From assembly GCA_900088475.1 (NCBI GenBank), contig FLMG01004215.1:110561-174560 (forward strand): DNA of 64,000 nucleotides. The letters run 5' to 3'. Source of the stretch: Hyphochytrium catenoides. Taxonomy: Eukaryota > Protista > Hyphochytriomycota. The notes beneath the pieces are model-generated. The model saw only the letters and a list, made by a program, of their open reading frames with translations, was not told where the DNA came from and did no database searches. This document shows positions 15,318 to 29,200 of this stretch, one piece after another. The position numbers and the translations under genes were made by a program. How positions within the stretch are numbered: the stretch's first letter is position 1; every line of letters starts with the position of its first letter.

Positions 15318-16357
15318 CTACAATAAGGCTGAGCAAACCCAACCTCGAAATGACCTCAATTGACCTCCGAAACTTCGACTATCAACCTCTAATGCCGAAG
15401 TCAAACAGCTAAAATTGCAGTTCCTGTCGACAAGCGGCGTTGTCTCAAGAAGCTTCACCTTATTAGTTCACAGATTGGAAGCCCATAGAGTTTCAGTTGT
15501 GCCGTGGGAATGTGAAGACAGAAACTTGGACGCAAACAATACCCGGGCCGACCGTTACCGGATAGCATGAAAGTTGAAATGGTACAAACAGTATGGTTTT
15601 GTTATTCCCCTCTAAAATAACGGGGTGTTCCTCAGAAAGTCTCGTGATGAGGCAGAACCATAACGGTTGGTGCATTCAGAGATCGAAGCCATCATCATCT
15701 TCTTCTTCGGAGGAGGAGTTGAAGAGAGAGGTTGCAGGCAGCAGTCCACTAGGGAACGGAATTAGGAGAGGAATGAAGAAGCAGCCATCCTGCTCTTTCT
15801 ATAAATAGAATCGTTGCTCAAACCAACTTCCATCATCTCAAAAAGTTAGCTGCAGGCAGTGCCTTGCCCACCAGCTGCCTCATGACTAGTCATCATGCTG
15901 ATCTGGACGACGTCAAAAAATATAGTAGCCGTAGGTGATACGCGCCATCCATAAAGTGGAAAGAGGAGGTATAACGTCTCTGCAGTGAGACCTACCGTCT
16001 TTGTTGGCAGCACCTGTACCTTCATGGAAAACGCTACTGACGCACGTTGACCTCTCTAATGTTTGAACGTTACTTACTGTTACGTTTACACTGCTAGCCC
16101 TAGCCTAGTCCCATGGACTTCAGCAAGGTCTAGATTTGATGTATGCCGTAACTTGCAGCGTGTCCAACCTCTAAACACACGCCCTCGCTTAGGCCTCCCA
16201 TAGCTGGTGTTTGGGATATGTAGAGCGTCAGAATTCTCCAAGCTCTCTTCTGCCCGCCTACGGATGCAGAGAAGATCTCGCTAACAGTGAGTTTAACGAT
16301 AACTGGTACCTTACTCTTTATAAAAAGAAAAAACTAAGACTGGCTTCCTCAACCAGC

Positions 16358-17071
16358 TTACATGAACGACACTGTATACGAGAGATGGTTGTCCCATGAG
16401 AGCTCTGCCGTTTGCCCAGGTAGCAAAGGCCCTACTCCTTCTGGGGTTCCCGTGAAGAGAAGGTCCCCATCGCAGATTGGAAAGTATTGGCTGACATACT
16501 CTATGGCTTCCTGCGGTTTCATGGTCATGCTTAGCCCTGCCCCCGATTGTCTGAGCTTCCCATCAACGTGCAGGGTAAATTCGTCCTGCATAAGCTTCTC
16601 TAGAGGAACCTCAGAAAGTGGAATGAAGGGGCCCACTATCGCTGCACTTGCAAACACCTTCCCAATCTCCCAAGGATGGCCGTTCTTCTTCAAAATGCCT
16701 TGAACATCCCTAAGCGTCAGGTCTAATCCTAGTGTGGCCGCGGTGATGGCAACGCTGCCAGTTTGAGAGTCCACACCGAGTCGGAGAACGATCTCAAGTT
16801 CATGGTGAATTGAGCCTCTGTTCGTGGGCAGATGAACCTCGTTTGGTGATGAGGTCGCATTGAAGATAGCACTCGGCGGCTTTAGAAATATGACCGGTTT
16901 CTCTGGTATCGCATCGCCAAGCTCTTTGGCATGTGCCAGGTAATTCTTTCCAAGACAAATGACCTTGTCAATAGCCATCGGTCCGGGCCTCTGATGATAC
17001 TGTCGCCGAAGTGGTTGAAGGAAGATGGCTGAAGTGGAAAGAGCCTGGCCAATCCGGGTAAACTTGCGCAT
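16358..17071 (-). CDS. FAHD1: Fumarylacetoacetate-hydrolase-domain protein (FAHD1/YcgM-like acylpyruvase/oxaloacetate decarboxylase) with probable mitochondrial presequence
   Basis: Intronless 237-aa ORF: KVICLGKNY..HAKELG, FLKP, HHELE, LDLTLRDVQ, PWEIGK, GDLLFTGTPEGVG. Confidence 0.9.
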   Translation of the reverse strand: MRKFTRIGQALSTSAIFLQPLRRQYHQRPGPMAIDKVICLGKNYLAHAKELGDAIPEKPVIFLKPPSAIFNATSSPNEVHLPTNRGSIHHELEIVLRLGVDSQTGSVAITAATLGLDLTLRDVQGILKKNGHPWEIGKVFASAAIVGPFIPLSEVPLEKLMQDEFTLHVDGKLRQSGAGLSMTMKPQEAIEYVSQYFPICDGDLLFTGTPEGVGPLLPGQTAELSWDNHLSYTVSFM

Positions 17072-17760
17072 CGCTCCTACTAACTTGCGCTATATCGCCG
17101 TTGAACAAGTTAGATTCTATCAATCCTGATGGACTCGGAGGCGCTCGCGTGATGGGAAGCTTGTCTGCTGTTAGCTTCTGATGAGCTGGAGGGTGGCAAG
17201 GATTGACCAGGATTCCTTGCTTCCTTGCTGCTTCCTCTTGTAAACTTGGTCATGTCCAGGATACGGCAGAAACAGAACTATCTCTGGTTGATGGCTCACT
17301 CAGATGTCACTCAGTAGGTAGAGCAATGTCATCTGTATGAATCCTTTCTGGAAGCTAACTTGGACACCAATAAGCTTTACGACAATATAAGGTTAATGTA
17401 GTCCCAACCCTGTTGAGAGACCTGACAGTTGCACCTCAACTCACAAACAAAAAGACAGATCTGTGCTATGAGATATTGCTTCGTAGTGGTCTGTTGCTGG
17501 TCAGCCGGTCACGATCACGCCGAGCGCCATGCTATCACCGCGAATCATCAGAAGCTGTTCAAGGCTTACGAGGCGATCTAAGTGATAACAGCCTTGTCGC
17601 CCAAACTAGTCAGCGCCTTGCCAGCACCTTATGAAGCCCCCTCTACTTTGATAGGGTTAGCCAGTACGTTGGATGAGTCGGCTTATCACCGCTGAAACAG
17701 GAAAAGGCTTTCAGAAAGCGGCGAGTACGTGACACGGCTCAGCCATAGATTATTGCCGGT

Positions 17761-19042
17761 ATGGTCATGAGTATGGGTCCAAGATGGGAAAGACATCAGG
17801 TCCTGTCTATCCTTTCTTGTCTGGCGTACAGCTCCTGTTCTATCTCCATGATCTTAGCTAATAAGGTAAGCTTCAGAAATGGCCGGCCCTTTAAACACTG
17901 GTGACGCCACTCTGACGCGATACGTCTTGCCCCAGCTTGTGCTTGGCGAAGATTTCTACTCCTTTGGGCATCCAACCTTGACCATAGTCATCCAGAACGT
18001 CATTGCACTTCTTGTCCTGAGGCTGGCTAAAGCTCTGGGCTACGTGAATTATGAGGGATTTGACAGGACTTTGGCAGTGAGATGGATACCAGTAAACCTC
18101 TATTTCATCGCCATGCTCGTCTCCAGCGCGCTGAGGTTAGTAGGTCGCCAGTTGGAGAAAAACTCACGCTAAACTGACTCATCGTGCCCCTCTCACCTCT
18201 CTTCCTACGTACAGCATCAGATACCTTCCAATACATATGATCACCGTCTTCAAGAACATAACCAATATAGGGATTTCGTGGGGAGAGTGGTTCTTCTTTC
18301 GCCAGAGTATTTCAAGTGGCGTCATAGGCAGTCTGTGTCTTATGCTGTTTGGAGCTGTCATGGGTGCGCTTTCAGACCTGACGTTCATACTGGTCGGTTA
18401 TTTCTGGATGGTGCTCAACTGCCTAGCGACAGCAGCCTACGTGCTTTACATGAGACATGTGACGGGAGGCAATACCATCAAACTTTCCCGTTTTGGAATG
18501 GTGTACTATAACAACCTTATATCTGTGCCGCTCTGCCTCATCCTTGCAGGTATGTTTTCTGTAGAGTTGGGGACGTGTTCTCAGTTAAGGTCTCTTGCTG
18601 ACGTTGGGTACGCGTCTTCGTCCTTTCATTCGTAGCTGTGCTGGGTGAGCTAGGCACTGTATGGAAATATCCGTATCTATTAGAGCCCAACTTCTGGATC
18701 GCAATCATTTTCAGCGGGGTGGTGGGAGTGGCTCTAAACTTTGCATCTTATTGGTGCGTGGGGAGCACCACAGCCACTACCTATGCCACTGTGGGAGCCA
18801 TCAATAAGATACCAGGTATCCTGATAGGATACTTCTTCATGGGGCAATACATCGATATGAGGACTGGTTTCTATGTAAGCTTTGGGATGCTGGGTGCCCT
18901 CCTATACTCATACGCGAAACTCAAGGAAGCCCAGACCGGCAAAGGCAAGAAGGGTTACAGGCCCGTTAGTGCTAGGGATAGGCTACATGACAACGATTCC
19001 CGAAGTCGTGATGATCCCAACGGAATGATGTCAAAAGTATAA
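17761..19042 (+). CDS. Golgi GDP-mannose/nucleotide-sugar transporter (VRG4/GONST-like), about 4 exons
   Basis: AYSSCSISMILANK, WIPVNLYF, VFKNITN, GYFWMVLNCL, MVYYNNL, TTYATVGAINKIP (GALNK motif). Confidence 0.9.
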
Positions 19043-19191
19043 CGAGCTTTCGTTTGTGTACCATAGAGATGGGCCCGAGAGACTAACGCTGATCGGGACG
19101 TGTTCGCCATAGAGCGTCCTATTGTGCGCCAGTAACTAATGTACTATCAAACCCTTTTTAATGTAGCACTTCACAGTACCACACCCAATGC

Positions 19192-20186
19192 TTACCAAAA
19201 GCTTAGAACGTTGCTTAGCCCACGACCCACCCTAGCAATCAGGCGACTTGACTTATTTGGATTTCTTCCCTCTCGCCTTTTCTCTTCGAGCCGCTCGTCG
19301 AGTGTACTGTTCCCCACCTTCGAGACGACGTTAGCCCCTTGCGGCCCGAAGATTTCGTCGTCATCGTCGTCCAAGTACTTCGGCTCATTAGACTTTTTCT
19401 GAGACTGCAATGACAGTGTGAGAGAAGGGTCTCACTAGCTGAAGGAGTCTAGTCTTACCGTCAGGATATCTCGGTTTGATAGATCAATGCCCTGTATGGC
19501 ATTTGTGATAGCACCGACAAGGTTCTCATGGGAACGAGTATAAATGATAGCTCTCTCTGTTTTCTGCAGGTGGATCCACTCAGAGAACAGGAAAAAAGTG
19601 CCAGCAGTACTCCGTAAACACAATGTGCGCACCTGATCAAGAGTAACGGATACAACCCCTCGGATAGAAATCAGACTTCTTTCAACCTGTCGTCGAATTC
19701 CTTCATCCTGGATGCCTTCCACTTTCATCACCAAAGCCCGGGCCACGGCTGGTCCTTTCTGGGTTTGGCTGATGGCCTTACCCTGGCTGCCAGTACCCCC
19801 TGCTGCCTTAGGACGTAAGGTTATGTTCCCGAGGGTCTGGTCGGCCAACACTTGAATCTTCTCATCGGTATGATTCCGCAGCTTTTTCTGGTTATAGTGG
19901 CACAATCAGGCATTCAAGAGGCAATCTTCAAGATAAGCGTACTCACCAGCTTATGCAGAAGCCCTGGATGAGTGGTTAGGGTTTTTCGGACTTTTGGATG
20001 TGTGGAGAGGTGCTTCAGGGCTCTTATCGAGATTCTCACGGTCTCATTATCTTGATAGTCAAGGTAATCGACTAGACCTCCAAGGAACCCAGGTTGTTGT
20101 GAAATAAAGAGTTGATTTTCTGGATCCGAGCAGAGATCCAAAAGCTTTTGAGCTACTGCTCGTGCGCTGGGCGCCTTGCTATCCAT
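19192..20186 (-). CDS. ARMC1: ARMC1-like protein (ARM repeat + HMA-like domain + C-terminal ...FW motif)
   Basis: AVAQKLLDLCSDPENQLFISQQPGFLGGLVDYLD, MKVEGIQDEGIRRQVERSLISIRGVVSVTLD, PKYLDDDD...VSKVG...LSFW follow the domain order of animal ARMC1. Confidence 0.8.
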
Positions 20187-21754
20187 CTTGCACCTAAAGC
20201 GTAAGTATTGGTTAAGTCCCCGCGATGAGGTCTTGAATTAAACGCTGAGGCTGTACTTCTGTTCCACGCTTCACGAGGTGTAGCGTTACAATTGTAGTTA
20301 GCCACTCGCTCGAGCTCAACGCTTCCTTGTTGACGGCCTGAAAGAACTCCCTAGAACGGAGACTCTTCTTTTCTTGTCCCTGTGAGGACGGAGCTAAGCG
20401 CACTGCCTTACACCACCGGCCGCAACCAAGCCCAGGTCCTTCCTTGCTGGCTACCCAGTACTAATAGCTCCCAATGAAGAGCTGTAATGTGAGTTCGCGG
20501 AGCGATCCATCAAGGTCTCCCTTGAGTGCACTAGTTTGGAGAGTTGCGACCTCAAGAAGGAGGTGTGGGGAGGTGTCCGTTCCTTCAGCTACGAGAGGAA
20601 CCGTTGCACGAAGAAATGATAATCTTTCGCTTAACCCATTGGTTACCCTCTTACATTCCTTGACTGATAACTGATAAAGGTCTTCGAAAAATAGATCAGA
20701 TCTCAGGTCAGTCGGATGGGTGGGCTCTGAGGGCTCTTCCCAGCAGGAACCTCCTTACACCTTGGCATCATTATTACGCAACTTATACAGAGCACCTTTG
20801 TATTACAGGGGGGTGGGTAGGCTAGGTGACGACGTCTCCTACCTTTGGTATGGGGCGGGCGTCACCCTCTGATTCTTCTCACCAGCTTGTCGGTCTCGCC
20901 AGAGTAGGAAGGTTCTGGGGGAAATATTGACCGAGAGATAGGTATGAAGGCCCAATTTCAGCAGACTTCTGGCTTCCTTTACGGAGCAAGATCCAATCGA
21001 ATTCTGGGATGAAATCTATTGTTCCAAAGTTTCTCCCAGGATTGAGGATGGCGGCATGTTGGCTCTGAAGAGCCAGTTTTTTGTGTGGAATGCCAATTGA
21101 TTGAAATGGGAGAGACAGAGCAAAGCTGCATAAGGTATTTCAGAGGGATAGAGATGGAAGGAGATGCCATAATGAGAAAGGTTTAGGGTTAGGTGAGAGG
21201 AGGTCCTCCCTGCTCTGTCTCGCTCCTTGCCTTTGTTTATTACAAGGTGAAGCGAAGAAAGAGAAAGGAAGGAAGAGAGAGGTGGACAGTGGACAGGGAA
21301 GCACTGCCGCTCGGAGAAGCGCTCACCAAATGCTGCAGACTGCACAGCAAGCTCCGTGGAGATGAAGACAGACTTCTGCATAAATCTCTGGTTGCGGATT
21401 GTCTGCCTGAAGACTTTCTTGGAGGTGGGTCACAAGCTCCCTTTCTAAGAAGGGTGAGGCGGCGTCTCACAAGCTATAACTTTGCTCCACAGGCTTAGGG
21501 GGCTGTGGATTCTAAGGCCACAGATCGCTTTATGTCAGTAGAGGTTGAATGACCAAGCTTGATTTGTCTCCATCGTGGTACGTCCAACTCTGGTTTGCAT
21601 ACTTATCTGAGACGTATTGGCTAACATGTAGTCGCTTCATCCATCCATAGGGGAAGAAGCATACAACTGCTTTTTTGAAAGTTGGCTCCGGTATCTTCTT
21701 TACGCACTAGGGAATAGAATCAAGCCGTGGCTCTCGCCGCGCGCTTTGAGTTAG

Positions 21755-23006
<1,252 letters not shown>

Positions 23007-23132
23007 TAGATATATCCGGCTATGACACTAGTAAATACCATCCGTTACATTAGTGATAGTGAAGGATCAGCTCAGCGTCTAGCTTCGTACGTCCGTTGGA
23101 AGGACAATGGCAAGATGTCTTCTTCTCTCTTA

Positions 23133-23664
23133 TTAACCCGTATACTCCGGGCAAATGATGTTAGGATAGTCTTCATCATTGACCGTCCGCTCGGGCACAA
23201 GGCTCTCATCGTTGATGGCGCCACCGAGCTTTACGGCAAAAATATGCTTGCACTGATGTCAAATGACAGGTTAGAAGGTGACGAGAGAGTATTAGGCAGG
23301 GGGATGTCGTACCCAAACGCCTTTGTTCTTTGGTGCAGCATGAAGAAAACTCTTGCAGGAGCACCAACCCTCATAACAGCTGTACGGCATGGGATCGGAG
23401 CCCTTTATCTGGTAGAAGCATCGCTTGCTCTCTTTGCAAACGACTTTAGTTATTCGCTTCTTAGTCAGGAGGTCATTTGCGGCATACAGAAATTCCTCTG
23501 GCGCCAGGAAGTTCAGGGCCCTCGCGGAGGCTTCAGATACTAAGGGGGCCATCATTAAGTCATTAGAACTACCTAGCGGCATCGATGCTACTGATACCTT
23601 CTCCTGAAGCTTGAATCTCACTAAAGACTGCCTCCAAAAGGGATGACGTGAGCGACGTGATCAT
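23133..23664 (-). CDS. ZSWIM7: SWIM zinc-finger protein ZSWIM7/SWS1 (Shu complex subunit)
   Basis: MITSLTSSLLEAVFSEI..., ALNFLAPEEFLYAANDLL, FYQIKGS, CSCKSF...|CKHIFAV (CxC-xn-CxH). Confidence 0.85.
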
Positions 23665-24399
23665 CTTGCGACAGACCAGAGTATTATCATCGTCATGAGA
23701 AGTCAGAACCCATGGAAGTAAACTTCTGCTCGCGGCTAAGTCTGTCAGTGGTAAGTGCTGTTACCCTGTGGTGAGTTTATGGCTTCTATCTCCTTTCGCA
23801 GCTAGCATAGACTGTGAAAGAACTCTGCACGTGTTATCTAGGATTTCTTCAGAAATTAATTGTACAGAGCTATTATCCTACTACTAGCCTTAGCGTTCTA
23901 CGCTTCTACCAGTCAAAAACTCTGTACAAGTAGTTTTTCCAATAATTTTGTGCTTTGCAGACGAGTTTCGAAGACACCTCTCAGAAAAAGCTGTTCGTAA
24001 ATTTGGGACAAGGTAGCGGTTACCAGCTCGATGCCTCTAATTATCGCTCAGCATCTGTAACAAGCTCCTCAGAGTGGGCGTCCTGAGCCTTCTACTACTC
24101 CTCGTTATCAAGAGGATGTGGCGCTCTGTGGCAGGCTTCCGACTGGTCCTGACCTGACCATCAGTTTACCATTTTCCTGTTGATAGGTACTCTACTGAGC
24201 CCGTGGACCAAACAGCACATTCGAATTGTTAGCGAACGGAGCTTCTACCTATTATCTATTCATTGTACTGAGACCTGTGATGTCATAGATGACTCTTCAG
24301 GCTCATTACATTCCTCGTGTTCCAGTCTTGCAAGGATGACCATGAGGCCAGATTTATTTTGTGCGTTGTTTCAGTCCTAAAGGGTGAAGTTGCTTATCC

Positions 24400-25269
24400 T
24401 CACTGTTCTCTTAACTCCTTAATCCAGGATGATAGCGTTGTCCGGAGCGTTGGCTCCAGTGCCCGCTTGACTGCCGATTTAGCTTCTAAATGAGCTTCGG
24501 TCTTCTTTGATACAGAAATAGAGACGCTGTAGTCTTCCCCATTTGAGTCCTCGAACTCCTCCAGATCCATGGTCCCTGTGTATATCTCATCATCGCCTTC
24601 TTTCTTCGCCTCCCACGTCAGCTGCAAATCTAGCTCGTAGCCCACACGCTTTCGTCCACGGGTGTATATCACCTGTTGGACAACAGGACTCTCAGAGCTC
24701 GCGTGGATGAAGGGAACTCAAGAAGAAAATCTGACCTTTGCGTGTCCATCGCACTTCCCTACACTGACTATTTTAAGACCAAGGCCTGTCTGTTCATCAA
24801 TAAAATCTCCGTGGCTAAGCATCAACTCCTCAATGCGCTGCTTCGCCCACTTGGTTTTGTCACGTTCCTCCCTACCCAAATCAGTCATCAGCGTTCGCGG
24901 GGTGGACAATTTAGTCAGACGAGAGACAGTGTGGGGTTAATTGGATGAGTAGTGGTACCAGGTTCCTCCGGCATTCCAAGCTGACCCTTGATGGACTATT
25001 TGGGGCCTTGTACTAGGATCAATCTTCTGCGGCCCTACAATCTGACGGCAAGTGAGGCACTGGGCGTGAGCTACTGACGGATCTTTTGACCTCAGGTTAA
25101 GAGGCACACGTACCACAGCTGTTGTCGACATACTCTTCGACCACGCATAGTATGCAGAATCCGTGGGCTTTTTGGCCTTAGCAGGTGACTCAGCCTCCGC
25201 ACTCTGTTGCTGATGTTCTACGCTTAAATCTAGTTGTTCTCCTGTAGAGTCAGATGCATCTGAGCTCAT
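24400..25269 (-). CDS. Aha1 N-terminal-domain-only Hsp90 co-chaperone (Hch1-like)
   Basis: GSAWNAGGTW|EERDKTKWAKQRI, CDGHAK|VIYTRGRKRVGYELDLQLTW; no START-like C domain. Confidence 0.85.
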
Positions 25270-26234
25270 GACTTCTATTGCCTAGTGACCCAAGTGGGCC
25301 TCCTCTTTGCCAAGCAGAAGCTCGCTTACGGTGCGAAAATGGGGGCTAGGACAGAGAGAGCTTTCCTCCTTAACGCAGCCTCCTCTGCAAACACGACGGC
25401 ACTGTACGAAAGTGTTCAATAAGCTGTAAGGCGCAGAATAGTATATCTGAGAGGCCGAACGGCACCAGGCACACCGCCTCGAGGCAGATGTGACACCGAG
25501 ATTGAGTTGACTAACAGACCAACAGAGATCTCTCCCAGCTCTACAAGTGGATGATGACAGGAAGCAATGAAACAGAGATAGGAAAGCATTGCAAGCGCAC
25601 TTGGCAATCACGCAAGTAAGAGTAGCACATTAACATAAAAAGAGGGGGAGGGAGATACAAATCACCTTAAACCTACACCTATTGACCGTAGAGACAGAGC
25701 AGAAGAAGAGATCCTACTACCTGGGCAAGAGATAGCGAAGGGCGAGCTGCTTTCGAGATGTTTCCTCCTCAGAGAGTAGTTCCCAGTTGCCCCCCGCGAT
25801 CACGCGATCTTCATCAGAACGCCTCCGGGAGTACCGCTTATGATTCTGACTTGCTGTCGGATGCGAATCGCTTTGATCCCATCAGTCAACGAACTCCGCT
25901 CGACGATGGAAAGGGCCCAGCAATGGATCTGTTGGGAGCAGAGCCTTAGAGACGCGACGCTGCATTGAGGAAGAGACTCTTATTCCGCTTTAGGCGAGGG
26001 GAGAGATTCTCCCCCATCTCCTCTAGACTTTCTGCTGGATTCCAGGAGGTAGACTGTCAACGGACTTAGGAGGCTTATAGAAGGAGACCCAGGCACAAGT
26101 AAACTTACCCGTTCCCTCTCATCTTTCCGTGAAAAGGAGCATCGACTCTCTCACTCGCTCCTCTCCGTAGGAATCGAGCATCGTCTGTTTCCTTTCTCCT
26201 GGCTCTAGAGTGCATTTGGCTTCTCAGATCCTGC

Positions 26235-29200
26235 ATGATGTCTCCATCGGCTACGGACAAGATTGGCAAGCTCTCCTCTCGGCTATGGCGAGATTGCAAA
26301 TCGGAAGCCCTGGCCTCTTTGTACCATCCCTTTATTCGACAGCTGGGGCGCGGATCACTTCCCCAGGCTATTTTCCGCAACTTCATCTCGCAGGATTCAA
26401 TCTTCCTCGAGGCGTTGACTAAGGTTAGGACTAACTCTTCTTACTAACTAATGGACCTATGACCACACTAAGGAGACCACGGGTGCTGGTGCAGATATAT
26501 GGGGCGGCTCTGGGCAAAACTCATGGCGTTCAACATATACGAGATCTCACCAGCATGGTCGGAGCAGCGATGGAAGAGCTGCAAGGTCAAGATGCTTTTC
26601 GGGCGGTAGGTGCATCACCACTGCATCGTTGTGGGTTGTTCACTATTATCCTACTTTACACCATTACACTTTAGATCAACCGATGGCCCTCAATCCCGCT
26701 ACTACTTCGCTCTGCCCTCTTGATTTCCAACTATTCTACTTGCTTTACTTATCACTCGGCCTTGTCCCTAACAGCGATGGGGAATCCAGAAAGACGATCG
26801 CACGACCCCTAACCCAGCCACGGCAGCCTACGTGGACTTCCTGCTTCACACGGCGGACACCTCGAAGAATGTTTCATGCATTCTCGCCTCCGCCCTACCT
26901 TGCTCGCGCTTGTACGCCTTCATAGGACAGAACCTCAGTTCGTCTTTCCCCGTGGAGGACAATCAATACAATGAATGGGTTCGCACCTACGCGTCCGACG
27001 ATTTCCAGGTAAAAAGGCAGGGGACCTCCTGGCGGATCGAGAGAACGATGTAAGAATCAGGGCAATACACGGAGAAGGGAGCAAAGTACACCGGCCAAAT
27101 CCATCGACTGGGACATTCCTGGTCTGCGTCTAACTAGAGTCCTCCTAGGCAGCTACCTCTTTATTAGAGAAACTTCTAGATGAACACGCCAAGGAGGAAG
27201 GTGTAGATTACGGCACCCTACTAGCGTACTATAAGACTGCCATGGTGCTTGAATATCAGTTCTTCGATGCACAGTCTGACAGTTTAAATCCAAAAGAGGA
27301 CGCACGGAGGAGACTTGAGAGAGTGAAGCTTTTCGGGACTGACTACGATGACACGTGCACCACGGGTGACACTTCAGCCACAATTCCCTTGCTTGCCCTC
27401 AGGAAAAGTGAGACTTCTGAAGGTAATGTCGCCTTGCTTCGCGTCTGCCAACCTCTCTCCTACTTGACTAGCACTCATGCCTCTTCCGATGATAAACCCC
27501 AAGGGCACCTTCATACCAGTTTCTTTATCGGTCAAATAACCTCTCCGGGCTAAGTCTCTTGTCGCCTATATTGTCTTGCTTTTATTATTGCTAAAATTGT
27601 CAGACACGCAAAAGAGAGAAGGGACATGGAAAGGTCTGGTAGACCAGTATTCTGAGGCCTACCATCGGACACTCACCTCGCTATTTGGGCCCTCAAACGA
27701 TTCTACGACACCTCAATCTGGTCTTAACCAGAAGGAACTTGACCGCATCGTGGCTGCAATGGAAGATTTGGAAGTACCAGCAGTGCATCGAGTGGCCGAC
27801 TCTGGCGTCCTGTCAGGAGTTTCGACAGCTGACATTCACCGTGCAGCTGCAGGAATTGCGTTCAAACCGCGCTGCCTGTCTGTTCTTGAAGGTATGTAGC
27901 ACTTGTTACCTTGCGCACCCTCCATGTCCTGCTGGTCTATACCTGCGTTTTCCGCTGTGTTGGCTCAAAATCTTCTTCCAAATTCTAACGTATTGGGCTT
28001 TCTACAGCCGTCCTTGGTGCTTACCACTGGTAGAAAAATACTCAAACTTACTCGATGTCCAATTTAGGATTGCAACAGCAGACTCAAGTTGTCGTTTTAT
28101 CAGTCAACTGGTCTACCCAGCTTATTAGGTCTTCATTCCAGCACCAAGGGCTGGATATGGCCAGCAATGGCGCTAGCCACGGCATTGAAGTTTTAGCCAA
28201 TGGTAGGATAAGGCAAATAGGCCATGGGGGGGAGAGAGGAGTGGGGAGGGCTACGCAGAAGGAGGTTTTTTCACCTAAGGTCAATAAGGAAAAGAAAACT
28301 GGGGCAAAGTTAGAACGTAGAATGGTCCTTAAGACCAGATGGCCTGAAAGTGAAAGCTTCAACCTTGGGGGATAGCAACGGCGAATGGGTCGGGAACAGA
28401 CCCACAGGAAGAGAGATGAGCTGCAGGGACTGTATAGATAGCAGCCTGAAGAAATGACAGATCGACGGCGTACTAAGCATGGCGCGACTACAGAGCTGCA
28501 GATGCAAGGGGATCTGGCTACAGGGGGAATCGACCGTGTCAACTTTACAGCACAAGATAAGCTGGCCACGTGGCAATCTCTTCTCTCTCAAGAGACCGAT
28601 GGTAATAAGTCCGACAAAAAGTTGCTCACAGTTTTTCTTGGCGACAGCTTGACAGACATCCTCGTCCTACTGAAGGCGGACATTCCCATTGTAATTGGTA
28701 AGGAGAACGAATGAGGGTATCTCGATTCTGACTCCCAAGCTTATCAATTAGTTTAGCTACCTCTTGGCCGCTACTATCAGCACTTCTCGGTCATGCTTGC
28801 CATCGGCCATCCGGTAAACTTATCACCCTTTAACACTGTAGGGACCAATGACAACCTCCGTAGGGCGGCGGAGAGAGTGGACATCAGGTTTCTGCCCCTT
28901 CTAGCTGCCACAGAGATTTTCGAGGTACAGGTCAGCGGATCCATCTTGTCAGCCATTGCTTATGATCCTTGGCATTGCACTAAGCTATTGCGTCATTGCA
29001 TGTTTATTCTCCCATTGATGCCGTTTGTAGAATACGCCACTCAGCTCTCCATTAGGACCACCTGTGCTCTACGAGGCTGAAGGCTGGGAAGATGTGGAGG
29101 CTTTCTTCCTTTCCTTTGCGCCGGGTCGACAGGTACTTTCTAGAAGATGTTAGTCTTAAGTTAGAGGAGGTAACGGAACCAACGATGCTGATCTTATTCT

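Noticed and set aside
23711-24232. Apparent plus-strand splice signals and hydrophobic mini-exons between ZSWIM7 and Aha1
   Set aside because: No ATG-initiated spliced frame could be assembled without stops, and it needed 37-39 nt introns; possibly a noncoding transcript
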